Position numbers and translations under genes: made by a program. Positions 26,696 to 35,941 of a DNA stretch of 64,000 nucleotides are shown here, piece after piece (position 1 is the first letter of the stretch; every line of letters starts with the position of its first letter). The notes beneath the pieces were generated by a model, which saw nothing but the letters and a program-made list of their open reading frames with translations, ran no database searches and had not been told where the DNA came from. The DNA is taken from NCBI GenBank assembly GCA_902826095.1, contig CADEDN010000004.1, positions 1 to 64,000 on the forward strand. The letters are read 5' to 3'. Source of the stretch: an uncultured Alphaproteobacteria bacterium. GTDB taxonomy: Bacteria > Pseudomonadota > Alphaproteobacteria > Caulobacterales > Parvularculaceae.

Positions 26696-29595
26696 AAAGG
26701 CGAACTCCTCGATCGCGAAGCCAGAACGATGTCAGCATAGACGTTTCGCGCCGCCGCTTCGAGCGCGACGAGTTTTGTTTCCGCCGCCTCAAGACTTGTC
26801 CCGCCGAAGATCGCCGCCATCATCCGCCGGACCTGATCGCCCGCGGCGCCGGGCGCAAAGACGCCGCCGGTCGCCGCCCGGCTCATCTGGTGAGCGGCCT
26901 CAAAGAGACGCGAGGCCTCCCGCAAATCCGCGGCCTGCGCGGCGGAGAGAACCCCGCCCGCTTCAAGTGCGTTGATCGCCGAGGGTAAATCGCTTCGGAT
27001 TGCGCCCGCCATCGCTAGAGGATGGGTCAAGATCAGATACTGAACCGTGAAATCGATCTCGACAAAGCCGCCGACGACCGCCTTCAGATCCCAGGGGCCA
27101 ATCGCCGGCTTGGCGCTTTTCAGCCTTTCGCGCATAGCGTCGACGTCGCGCGCGCAGGTCGCCGGATCGCGCGGGCGCGCCATGACCGCCGAGATTTCCG
27201 CCTCGACGCGGCGCGCGATCGCTTCGCCGCCGGCGATGACCCGCGCTTTCGTCAGCGCCATCAGCTCCCATGTCCAGGCGTCGGCGCCGTAATATTGGCG
27301 GAAGGCGGCGAGCGAGACCGCCGCCGGGCCTTTGGCGCCGGACGGCCGCAGCTGCATGTCCGCTTCATAGAGGACGCCTTCCTCGGTCGGGGTCGTCACC
27401 GCGGCGAGGTACCGGCGCACCAGCCGGGCGAAATAGGTGACGGCGTCGAGCTTTGCGTCGCCCGTCGCGCGCGCGTTCTCCGCCGCCTCATAGACGAACA
27501 TCAAATCGACATCGGAGGCCGCCGTCATCGCCTTGGCGCCGAGCCGCCCGAGCGCGATGATGGCGATCTCGCCGTCGATCCGGCCGAATTGTCGCTCGGT
27601 CTCGGCGACCGCCGCGTCGTAGAGCTCGGCGAGCGAGGTTTCCGCAACCGCGGTGAAGCGCGCCGCCGCATCGTCCGGCCTTATCAGGTCGGCGAGTAGC
27701 TGCGCCGAGATCGAAAAGGATTCCTCCGACGCCCAGCGCCGGACGCCATTGAGGATCTGCTCATGATCGTCCGCCGCCGCGAGTCTCGCCGCGAGCTTTC
27801 CCCGCAGCATTTCCGCCGAGGGCGCCGCGTCCGGCCATCGGCTTTCGATCAGCGACTCGGCGAGATGCGCCCGCCGCGCGACCTCGCGCGCGAGATAGGG
27901 CGACGCCGTCATGATGCGGATCAACCGGTCGAAAACGTCCGGTCGGTTCAAGAACAGCGAGAAGATCTGAACGCCGGCCGGCAGCCCCCGCAGGAAACCG
28001 TCAAACGCCGCGAAGGCGTCGTCCGGCGCGCCGGCGCGCGCCAGCGCTTCAATGAGCTGCGGCGTCACCCTGGCGAGGAGGGCGCGCGCGCGCGTCGATC
28101 GGGTGGCGCGGGTTTCGCCCGCATGCCAGCGGCGAAAGGCGTCGGCGATCTGTTCGGGCCGTTCAAAGCCGAGCGCCTTGAGCGCCGCGATCGTTTCTGG
28201 ATCATTGTCGACGCCGGTGAAACTGAACGAAGGCGCTTTCGGCCCCTGGCGCTCTTCCGGCTTGAACAGCGGCGCCGTCAGCTGATGTGTCGACCGGAAG
28301 ACGCCGGTCAGGCGTTCCTCGAACGTCTCAAGGCTTACTTCGCCAAGAAAAGCCGCAAGCCGCGCCGCGTCGTCCTCATTGATCGGGATGCGGTGGGTCT
28401 GTTCGTCGGCGATCATCTGCAGCCGGTGTTCGACCATCCTCAAATAGCAATAGCGCTCTTGAAGCGCCGCCGCGGTCTCTCGCTCGACATTGCCCGCCTG
28501 CGTCAGCGCCGCCATCGCCTCCAGCGTCGCGCGCGCGCGCAAGGCGGGATTTTTGCCGCCGGCGATCAATTGCTGGGCCTGCACGAAGAACTCGATCTCG
28601 CGAATGCCGCCGCGACCGCGTTTCAAATCAGCGCCGAAGAAGTCAGCTTCGCCGGCGCCCCTTCCCGCATGGATCTGGCGCATCACGGCGTGGACTTCCT
28701 CGATCGCCGCGAAGTCGAGATATTTGCGCCAGATAAAGGGTCGAAGGCGGCGGATGAAGTCTTCGCCGACCCCGATATCGCCGGCCGCGGCGCGCGCCTT
28801 GATGAAGGCCGCGCGCTCCCAGTTCTGGCCGTGCGATTCGTAATAGGCCTCGGCGGCGCCGACCGAAACCGCCGCCGCCGAAACGCCAGGATCGGGGCGA
28901 AGGCGAAGATCGGTGCGAAAGACATAGCCGTCCGCTGTCTGATCATTGAGGCGCGAGACCATGGCGCGCGCCGCCGCGACCGCGACGCGCTTGGCCTCGT
29001 CGCCGGCGCCGAGCGCCGGGCTCGCCTTGTCAAAGAGCACGACAAGGTCGATGTCGCTCGAATAATTGAGTTCGAAAGCGCCGTGCTTGCCCATGGCGAG
29101 GACGACAAGGCCCGAGCCTTCCTCGGGACGCTCGGCCTGCGCCGGGCGAAATCCCATTTTCTCCGTCTGGCGCAGCGCCATTCTGACCGCGGAGCCGACC
29201 GCCGCGTCGGCAAAGCGCGACAGACGCGCCGCCGATTCCATCGTCGTCGCCGCGCCCGAAATCTCGGCGAGCGCCGTTGAAAGCGCGGCGTCCGCCTTGG
29301 CGCGGCGGAGCGCCTTCATCTGCGCCCCCGCCTCGCCCTCGTCGGCCGCCCGCCAGGCGGCGTCGACGGCGCGCGCAAGGCTCGCTTCGGGCGAAGAAGA
29401 GAGCGCGAGGCGCGCGGTTTCCGGATAGCGGCTGATCAGCCTTGCAAGATAGGGCGAGCAGCCGGCGACGCCGAGAATGAAATCACTGGCGCCGTCGGCG
29501 CCGCCGAGGGCGGCGCGCGCGCGCTCGCCGGCGGCCCGGTCAACCGGCTTTGGCGCAAAGGCGATCAGCTTCGAAAGGGACGCGTCCTCTGGCAT
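26692..29595 (-). CDS. glnE: bifunctional glutamine-synthetase adenylyltransferase/deadenylyltransferase
   Basis: 967 aa; two nucleotidyltransferase domains (GKHGAFELNYSSDIDLVVLF and GRLGAKAMTAASDVDLMFVYE). Confidence 0.9.
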   Translation of the reverse strand: MPEDASLSKLIAFAPKPVDRAAGERARAALGGADGASDFILGVAGCSPYLARLISRYPETARLALSSSPEASLARAVDAAWRAADEGEAGAQMKALRRAKADAALSTALAEISGAATTMESAARLSRFADAAVGSAVRMALRQTEKMGFRPAQAERPEEGSGLVVLAMGKHGAFELNYSSDIDLVVLFDKASPALGAGDEAKRVAVAAARAMVSRLNDQTADGYVFRTDLRLRPDPGVSAAAVSVGAAEAYYESHGQNWERAAFIKARAAAGDIGVGEDFIRRLRPFIWRKYLDFAAIEEVHAVMRQIHAGRGAGEADFFGADLKRGRGGIREIEFFVQAQQLIAGGKNPALRARATLEAMAALTQAGNVERETAAALQERYCYLRMVEHRLQMIADEQTHRIPINEDDAARLAAFLGEVSLETFEERLTGVFRSTHQLTAPLFKPEERQGPKAPSFSFTGVDNDPETIAALKALGFERPEQIADAFRRWHAGETRATRSTRARALLARVTPQLIEALARAGAPDDAFAAFDGFLRGLPAGVQIFSLFLNRPDVFDRLIRIMTASPYLAREVARRAHLAESLIESRWPDAAPSAEMLRGKLAARLAAADDHEQILNGVRRWASEESFSISAQLLADLIRPDDAAARFTAVAETSLAELYDAAVAETERQFGRIDGEIAIIALGRLGAKAMTAASDVDLMFVYEAAENARATGDAKLDAVTYFARLVRRYLAAVTTPTEEGVLYEADMQLRPSGAKGPAAVSLAAFRQYYGADAWTWELMALTKARVIAGGEAIARRVEAEISAVMARPRDPATCARDVDAMRERLKSAKPAIGPWDLKAVVGGFVEIDFTVQYLILTHPLAMAGAIRSDLPSAINALEAGGVLSAAQAADLREASRLFEAAHQMSRAATGGVFAPGAAGDQVRRMMAAIFGGTSLEAAETKLVALEAAARNVYADIVLASRSRSSPL

Positions 29596-29640
29596 TGGAC
29601 GGGTTTTAGGCTGTTGCGCGCGAAGTTGGGAACTCTTCCT

Positions 29641-29664
29641 TCACCCCCCTTGGAAAGGGGGGCG
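29641..29664. repeat. REP family A hairpin (TTCACCCCCCTTGGAAAGGGGGG)
   Basis: matches 11190-11213 (inverted) and 50837-50859. Confidence 0.7.
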
Positions 29665-29688
29665 ATCGCATTTGGCGCTGCAATGCCT

Positions 29689-29812
29689 TCCCCTCTCCCG
29701 CTTGCGGGGTCGGACCATGTGTCCGACGGGCTGGGGGTGAGGGGGCGTCAACGAAGGGAATCCCCCGTTCAGACGCCCCCTCACCCTGCCCTCTCCCGCA
29801 AGCGGGAGAGGG
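29689..29812. repeat. REP family B composite palindrome (CCCTCTCCCGCNNGCGGGAGAGGG arms + GGGGGTGAGGGGGCGTCAA...GACGCCCCCTCACCC)
   Basis: same unit at 43512-43992 (x3 tandem), 44441-44666 and 50946-51073. Confidence 0.75.
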
Positions 29813-29857
29813 TGGGCGCCATCCAAGGAGAGGGAATCTGTTCCGTACACGCCCCCA

Positions 29858-31282
29858 TCAGACCTTCTCAAACGCCGGGAAGGCGATCGTCACCTTGAGG
29901 CCGCGGCGCTCGGCGTTTGACGAGGAATCGCCAAGCGCGATCGACGCGCGGTGCGCCCGCGCGATCGCTGAAACAAGCGAGAGGCCGAGGCCCGAGCCCG
30001 GCGTCGTTCGGCTTTGCTCAAGTCGGACGAAGCGCTTGACGACGCTGTCGCGGTCGGTTTCGGGAACGCCCGGCCCGTCATCGAGCACCGACAGCAAGAC
30101 GCGGTTTTCCGCGCCCTTGCGGACGTCGATCCGGATCGTCGTGCCGCCGATCGCATATTTCAGCGCGTTATCGAGAAGGTTTGAAATCGCCTGGCTGATC
30201 AGCGACCGCGAGCCGCGGATCGGCGGCGTCGGCGCCGTCTTGATCTGCAGGGTGAAGCCCGCGTCCTGCGCCGCCGGCTCGTAGAGTTCGGCCATCTCCT
30301 CCGCGATCGAGACGAGGTCGATCGCCTCCATATGGCCGGCGCCCTCGCCCGATTCGATGCGCGCGATCGACAAAAGCGCGTTGAAGGTCATGATCATGTT
30401 CTCGGCGTCGTCGAGCGTCGAGCGCAGCGCCGCTTCCTTCTCCGAGGGCGTGCTTTTCAGCGCGTCGTTCAGCCGCCCGCGGATGCGATTGAGCGGCGAG
30501 CGCAGATCATGGGCGATATTGTCCGAGACCTCGCGCATGCCGTTCATCAGGCGCTCGATCTGGTCGAGCATCGCGTTCAGGTTGATGGCGAGGTTTTCAA
30601 GCTCGTCGCCGGCGCCGGTCAGCGCGATGCGCTTGGAAAGATCGCCGTCGCGGATCGCTTTCGCCGTCCGGTTGACGCTGTCGACCCGCCTTAAAAGCGC
30701 GCGCGAGAAGACGAGGCCGACGATGATGCCGAGCCCGATCGTCGCCGCGCCGATGCGCGTCATCAGCGCCTGGCTTCGTTTGCGGAGCGCCTCGCGCGCC
30801 GAAATATCGCGGGCGACGAAGACGAGGAACGAGGTCTCGGCGTCGGGCGTCGGCTTGAAGCGGCGGATCTTGCCGCGCGCCTCGCGCGTGTCGATGCCGA
30901 TCTCGCGCCCGGCGGCGTCAAGGCGCGGGCGTTCGAAGGTGAAGTTGAAAAACCCCTCGCTGGCGGAGAGCGCCTCGGGCGGCAGCGCCGACAAATTCCC
31001 CGAAAGCACCGCGCCCGAGGGCGAGCCGATCAGCATGTAAAGCCCGTCGTCGCGCCAGGCCGCGCGCTCGCGAACGACGCGCCGCAGGACGCCTGCGCCT
31101 TCGGAGGAAAACACTTCCGAGAGGACGACGAGCTCCTGATCGACGATCTGGTCGGTCTGCTTCGACATCGCGCCGAACGTGTCCTGGTAGAACAACAGCC
31201 CGAGCAGCGCGACGGCGAACGCGAACACGAACACGTAAATGATCGTGAAGCTGAAAGTCGTCGTTCGGAGGATGCGGAACAT
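29858..31282 (-). CDS. sensor histidine kinase (2 TM, HAMP, HisKA, HATPase_c), partner of OmpR-type regulator
   Basis: REVSDNIAHDLRSPLNRIRGRL H-box; LDNALKYA...DDGPGV...GSGLGLSLV ATPase boxes. Confidence 0.8.
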   Translation of the reverse strand: MFRILRTTTFSFTIIYVFVFAFAVALLGLLFYQDTFGAMSKQTDQIVDQELVVLSEVFSSEGAGVLRRVVRERAAWRDDGLYMLIGSPSGAVLSGNLSALPPEALSASEGFFNFTFERPRLDAAGREIGIDTREARGKIRRFKPTPDAETSFLVFVARDISAREALRKRSQALMTRIGAATIGLGIIVGLVFSRALLRRVDSVNRTAKAIRDGDLSKRIALTGAGDELENLAINLNAMLDQIERLMNGMREVSDNIAHDLRSPLNRIRGRLNDALKSTPSEKEAALRSTLDDAENMIMTFNALLSIARIESGEGAGHMEAIDLVSIAEEMAELYEPAAQDAGFTLQIKTAPTPPIRGSRSLISQAISNLLDNALKYAIGGTTIRIDVRKGAENRVLLSVLDDGPGVPETDRDSVVKRFVRLEQSRTTPGSGLGLSLVSAIARAHRASIALGDSSSNAERRGLKVTIAFPAFEKV

Positions 31283-31300
31283 TGAAGGGATTAGGGATTA

Positions 31301-31557
31301 TACCAAGTTGCACTGAGTCCAACTCATTCGGCGAGGATCCCTTCTGCTTTTGAAAGTGTCATCCCGGGCGCGCTGCAACACGTAGTGTTGCTGCGCAGAC
31401 CCGGGACGGCGTGCAGCCAAGGGCCCGAAATTGCGCGGGATCCCGGGTCTGCGCCGCGGCATTGTCATGCCGCAGCGCGCCCGGGATGACACGGTATTCT
31501 CCTTTGAAGAGGTCCGGGAAACAGGAACGTCATGAGTCTTCTTCAACGCAACTTGGG
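31301..31557. mobile_element. full-length ~258-bp MITE (TIR TACCAAGTTGC / GCAACTTGGKA, long internal palindrome, TTA target duplication) in the RR-HK intergenic region
   Basis: terminal inverted repeats and ~95% identity to copy at 38060-38327; flanked by TTA on both sides. Confidence 0.75.
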
Positions 31558-31620
31558 ATTAGGCCTTGGGCGTCGGGGTCGCGCGCCTCCCCCTAACACC
31601 TAAAACCTCAAACCCAAAAC

Positions 31621-32304
31621 CTACTCGCCGTCGCCGATGGTGTAGCCGGCGCCGCGGATCGTTTTCAAAAGCGCGGTGTCGAAGTCCTTGTCGATCTTGG
31701 CCCTGAGGCGCGAGATGTGAACGTCGATGACATTCGTCTGCGGGTCGAAATGATATTCCCAGACGTTTTCGAGCAGCATGGTGCGCGTCACCACCTGGCC
31801 GGCGTGGCGCATCAGATATTCAAGCAGGCGGAATTCGCGCGGCTGCAGGTCGATCTTGCGGCCGGCGCGGCGGACGGTGCGGGTGATGACGTCGATTTCA
31901 AGATCGCCGACGGCGTAGCGCGTCGTCACCGCCGACGGGGCCTGATGGCGCCGCCGCCCCAAAGCCTCGACGCGGGCGATCAGCTCCGGGAACGCGTAGG
32001 GCTTGACGAGATAATCGTCGCCCCCCGCCTTGAAGCCCTTCACGCGGTCATCGACCTCGCCGAGCGCCGACAGGAAAAGCGCCGGCGTCTCGTCGCCGCC
32101 GGCGCGCCGTTTCGACAGCAAGCTGACGCCGTCGAGCTTTGGCAGCATGCGGTCGATCACATAGGCGTCGTAATCGCCGGCGCCGGCCATGTTGAGCCCG
32201 ACCTCGCCGTCCAGCGCATGATCGACGACATGGCCCGCTTCGCGCAGGCCCTTCGACACATGCGCGGCGGCTTCGGCGTCGTCTTCGACTACGAGGATTC
32301 TCAT
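31621..32304 (-). CDS. OmpR/PhoB-family DNA-binding response regulator
   Basis: MRILVVEDD...receiver Asp; C-terminal winged helix (VHISRLRAKID...IRGAGYTI). Confidence 0.85.
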   Translation of the reverse strand: MRILVVEDDAEAAAHVSKGLREAGHVVDHALDGEVGLNMAGAGDYDAYVIDRMLPKLDGVSLLSKRRAGGDETPALFLSALGEVDDRVKGFKAGGDDYLVKPYAFPELIARVEALGRRRHQAPSAVTTRYAVGDLEIDVITRTVRRAGRKIDLQPREFRLLEYLMRHAGQVVTRTMLLENVWEYHFDPQTNVIDVHISRLRAKIDKDFDTALLKTIRGAGYTIGDGE

Positions 32305-32401
32305 GGGCGTTCCTTCTAGGTTGCCGGTTGCCGGTTGAAGGTCGCAGGAACCCGACGCACATCCGCTTGCCGCGCCCTGCCGCCTGCTCCCCGCAACCTC
32401 A

Positions 32402-33919
32402 TTATCCCTTCTTGATCGTCAGCGCGCTGAACTGTTTCGCCTGTCCGAGCTGGAGGCGCAACAACACCGCCTCCTTGCCCGCGGCTTTCGCGTCGGCGAC
32501 CTTCTTTTTCAGCGCCGCCGTCGTCGTCACCGCCGCGCCGTCCACCTGCAAAATGACGACGCCCGGCTGCAGGCCGGCCTGTTCGGCGGCGCTGCCGGGC
32601 TTGACCGCCGTCACCAGGACGCCGTTGACGCCGTCGTCGATGCGAAATTGCTGGCGCGTCGCGTCGCTGATGTCGGCGACGCGAAGGCCGATGTCTTTCG
32701 ACAGCTGGTCCTCGGCTTTCGACGGCGCTTCCTCGGTCGCGGCGATCTTGTCGTCCTTGTCGCGCTGGCCGAGCGTCACCGTCAGATCGCGCGTCGCGCC
32801 GTTGCGCAGGACCGTCACTTTCGCCTTGTCGCCCGGCGGCAGCGCCGAAATCGACCGCGTCAGATCGCGCGGCGAGTCGATATCGCGCCCGTTGAGCCGC
32901 ACCACGAGATCGCCGCTTTCAAAGCCCGCCTTGTAGGCGGGGGTTCCTTCAAGCACCTCAGCGACGAGCGCGCCCTTGGTTTCCTTGCGGCCGAGCGCGG
33001 CGGCGATTTCCGTCGTCACCGGCTGGATCGAAACGCCGAGCCAGCCGCGCGTCACCGACCCGTTCTCGATGAGCTGCGCGACGGTTTCCTTGGCGACTTT
33101 CGACGGGATCGCGAAACCGATGCCGACGCTGCCGCCGGTCGGCGAGAAGATCGCCGTGTTGACGCCGACGACGCGGCCCTTGAGATCAAAGGTCGGGCCG
33201 CCGGAATTGCCGCGATTGATCGGCGCGTCGATCTGGATGAAATCGAGGAACTGCCCCTCGCGGTTCTGGCCGCCGATCGCCGAGACGATGCCGCTCGTCA
33301 CCGTGCCGCCGAGCCCGAACGGATTGCCGACCGCGACGACCCAGTCGCCGACGCGCAAATTCACGCCGTCCGCGAATTGCACGAAAGCCTGGCCCTTCGG
33401 CGGCTCGACCTTCAGCACGGCAAGATCCGTGAGCGGATCAGCGCCGATCAGTTTCGCCGCGATCTCCTTGCCGTCGGCGAGGCGCACCTTGATCGCGTCA
33501 GCGTCCTCGATGACGTGATTGTTGGTGACGATATGGCCGGACCCGTCGATGAAAAAGCCCGAGCCCTCCGCTTCCATGCGCTGCAGGCCCGGTTCGCCGT
33601 CAAAGCCGTCGCTCCCGCCGCCGCCCTCGCGATCCTCGGGCGGCTGGCCGAACCGGAAGAACTCTTCAAACGCCTGCGGAACCCGCGGCGCCTCGACTTC
33701 CTTTTCAACGAGCACGCTGACGACCGCCGGCGCGACGCGCTCGACGAGATCGGCGAAAGAAAGCGACCCGTCGATCGCGGCCGGCGGCGGCGCGACAAGA
33801 CGCGGCGCCTGCGCGCTCGCTTGCGGCGCGATCACCGCGCCCGCGCCGATCAGCGCGACGCTGGCGGCGATCCCCGCCAGCAATCCCTTTTTGAAGCCGT
33901 ACACTTTCACCTCGGTCAT
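32402..33919 (-). CDS. DegP/HtrA periplasmic serine endoprotease (trypsin domain + 2 PDZ)
   Basis: HVIEDADAI (His), DLAVLKV (Asp), GNSGGP (Ser) catalytic triad; two PDZ domains; signal peptide. Confidence 0.9.
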   Translation of the reverse strand: MTEVKVYGFKKGLLAGIAASVALIGAGAVIAPQASAQAPRLVAPPPAAIDGSLSFADLVERVAPAVVSVLVEKEVEAPRVPQAFEEFFRFGQPPEDREGGGGSDGFDGEPGLQRMEAEGSGFFIDGSGHIVTNNHVIEDADAIKVRLADGKEIAAKLIGADPLTDLAVLKVEPPKGQAFVQFADGVNLRVGDWVVAVGNPFGLGGTVTSGIVSAIGGQNREGQFLDFIQIDAPINRGNSGGPTFDLKGRVVGVNTAIFSPTGGSVGIGFAIPSKVAKETVAQLIENGSVTRGWLGVSIQPVTTEIAAALGRKETKGALVAEVLEGTPAYKAGFESGDLVVRLNGRDIDSPRDLTRSISALPPGDKAKVTVLRNGATRDLTVTLGQRDKDDKIAATEEAPSKAEDQLSKDIGLRVADISDATRQQFRIDDGVNGVLVTAVKPGSAAEQAGLQPGVVILQVDGAAVTTTAALKKKVADAKAAGKEAVLLRLQLGQAKQFSALTIKKG

Positions 33920-34074
33920 TTTTGTCCCTTGCCAGTCCGTTGAATGCGCCGCCCGATTTGGTTCGAAAGTCCTGCGCTTTTGCGCGCCTCACCATAAGCC
34001 CCGCCTTGGCGACGAAATCCCGGCGCGGCGAATTAAAAATTATCAAGGATTTAGGGCGCTTACGAGGCAGATCA

Positions 34075-34090
34075 AGGAATCTTGTGCGAC
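34075..34090. promoter_or_regulatory. perfect 7-2-7 palindrome TGCGACA-AA-TGTCGCA upstream of htrA (candidate operator)
   Basis: AT-containing perfect inverted repeat in otherwise GC-rich 200-bp htrA leader. Confidence 0.25.
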
Positions 34091-34120
34091 AAATGTCGCA
34101 ACTGTGAACGGCGCGAGGGC

Positions 34121-35596
34121 TCACGCCGACACCGCGGCGGCGGCGGCGCGCTCGCGCAACAGCGCGATTTCGCTCTCCGGAAGGAGCGGCGCGGCGGCGA
34201 GGAGCGTCGCGTCGAAGCGCTTCTTGGCGGCGGTGCGCTCGGGCCCTTCGGCGGCCCTGATTTCAAGGACGAGATCGCCGGCGTAGCGGCGCGTCTCGGC
34301 GATCGCATCATCGACGAGACTGCGCGCGGCGTCCGGCCGGCCGAGAAGGCCGGCAAGGCCGTTCGCCTTCATCAGGAAGGCGGCGGCGGCGCGCGCGGCG
34401 CGGTCGGCGGCGCGATCAAGCGGGCGGTCGATGTCGGGCCGGCGCCCCATCAGCAAGGAAGAGCCGCCGGCGTGGCGGACCGGATGAACCCGCCGCACCG
34501 CGCCGAGCGCTTGTTCGGCGAAACGCGCGAGCGCCGACGCCGCGACGTCGCGGCTCGCCTCGGCGCGCGCCGCGAGCGCGCCGTCGCCGGCGCTTTCAGC
34601 CTCCTTGATGACGCCGCTCGCGAACTCGGCGAGATGCGCGAGCCGCGCCGGCGCGTCGTCCGTATCGGGATCATCATCGGCGTCGCGCTCAAGGCCGCGC
34701 GCGAGGCTTTCCAGATCCTCAAACAGCGCCTCAACGATATAGCCCGCGTCGGCGCGCGCATAAGGAAGGCGCTCGTCGCCAGAGCCGGCGAAATGGCGAT
34801 AGAGCGCAAGACCGCGCCAGGGCGCGTCCATCCGCGCCGCGATCGCCAGAAGCACATAGGCCGCCGTGTCGGGATGATCGCCCGCGGCGTCGGCGTAAAG
34901 GCGGCGCGCGTCGTAAAGCTGCTCTTCGGTCAAGGCCGATGTCGGCCGCGGAAAGAGGCGCTGCGCTTCGCGAAGATGCGCGGCGAGCGGTAAGAGGTGG
35001 TTGATCTCCGCAAGATCAAGGAGCGCGGCGGCGCCCGCCTGTTCGTCATCAGGGCCAAGCCGCCGCGAGAGATCGGCGCGAAACGCCGCGTCTTCTTCCG
35101 CATGCGCGATCAGCCGCGCAAATCCGGCGCCGGCCTGCGCATAGAGCGCGCGCTCGCCATGCGAAAGGTCGCGCTCGCCGCGCGCGATCGCGGCGTCGAG
35201 ATCGGCGGCGGCCGCCGCCGCGCCGGCGAGCGCCGTATCGACGAGAATGAGCGACCAGATCGGCGCAAGCGAAGCGCGGCCGATCCGCGCGCGGCGCTTG
35301 CGGCCGCGCCGGCGCGTCACGAAGAAATCCTCGAACGGCGTGAAGAACAGCCGCGCGGCGGTCTTGCGGCGCGCCGGGAGCCGCGCGCCGCCGTCAATCA
35401 ACCGTGTACGGAGAACCGCGAGCATCGCGGCGGCGGGAACGCCCTCGGCGCCAGCCCCGCCCGCCGCCTCCAGCGTTTCAAAAAGGCGGAGCGCCGCGGC
35501 GGGCGGCAAGGCGCCCAAAAACGCCTCAAGCCGCGCCCATTTTTTCGGCGGCACGCCAGGCGGCGAGGAGGAAAACGCTGCGGAAAGATCGGTCAT
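34121..35596 (-). CDS. hypothetical Ala/Arg-rich protein (491 aa)
   Basis: long ORF with consistent codon usage, no recognisable motif. Confidence 0.45.
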   Translation of the reverse strand: MTDLSAAFSSSPPGVPPKKWARLEAFLGALPPAAALRLFETLEAAGGAGAEGVPAAAMLAVLRTRLIDGGARLPARRKTAARLFFTPFEDFFVTRRRGRKRRARIGRASLAPIWSLILVDTALAGAAAAAADLDAAIARGERDLSHGERALYAQAGAGFARLIAHAEEDAAFRADLSRRLGPDDEQAGAAALLDLAEINHLLPLAAHLREAQRLFPRPTSALTEEQLYDARRLYADAAGDHPDTAAYVLLAIAARMDAPWRGLALYRHFAGSGDERLPYARADAGYIVEALFEDLESLARGLERDADDDPDTDDAPARLAHLAEFASGVIKEAESAGDGALAARAEASRDVAASALARFAEQALGAVRRVHPVRHAGGSSLLMGRRPDIDRPLDRAADRAARAAAAFLMKANGLAGLLGRPDAARSLVDDAIAETRRYAGDLVLEIRAAEGPERTAAKKRFDATLLAAAPLLPESEIALLRERAAAAAVSA

Positions 35597-35727
35597 CGGG
35601 CGGAGAAGCTAGAACGCGTTCGCGGAAAGTGTAAGCGGTTTTCGGAAAAGAACGCGCGACAAATCAAGCGCCGGCGGCCGGAATCCGAATTGGATGACGC
35701 ACCCCCTCCGTCGGCTTCGCCGACACC

Positions 35728-35792
35728 TCCCCCGCTTTGCGGGGGAGGAAAGGTCTCGGCGCCTGCCTTTCCTCCCCCGCTTCAGCGGGGGA
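35728..35792. repeat. pair of REP-like hairpins (family C: CCTCCCCCGCTTYRGCGGGGGAGG)
   Basis: two near-identical palindromes 41 bp apart. Confidence 0.6.
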
Positions 35793-35912
35793 GGTGGCGA
35801 GCGCAGCGAGCCGGAGGGGGGCGGCGCTCAAGCGCGGCGATTCCGGGCGCCGGAGGCGTCCGGCGCGCCGCCGCCCTTGTTCTCGTCCCGTCGCGCCTTG
35901 CGCCTTTGATAT

Positions 35913-35926
35913 CGTCAGTATACTGA
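35913..35926. promoter_or_regulatory. perfect 14-bp palindrome GTCAGTATACTGAC
   Basis: AT-rich perfect palindrome between cbpA-like gene end and hypothetical gene start. Confidence 0.2.
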
Positions 35927-35941
35927 CAATAGGAGAGCGCC

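Noticed and set aside
31298-31546. 82-aa ORF, and similar ORFs at 20696-21412 (N-terminus)
   Set aside because: Entirely inside MITE copies. The same peptide (…CGMTMPRRRPGIPRNFGP…QHYVLQRARDD) recurs wherever the MITE is present, so it reflects a stop-free palindrome, not a gene.
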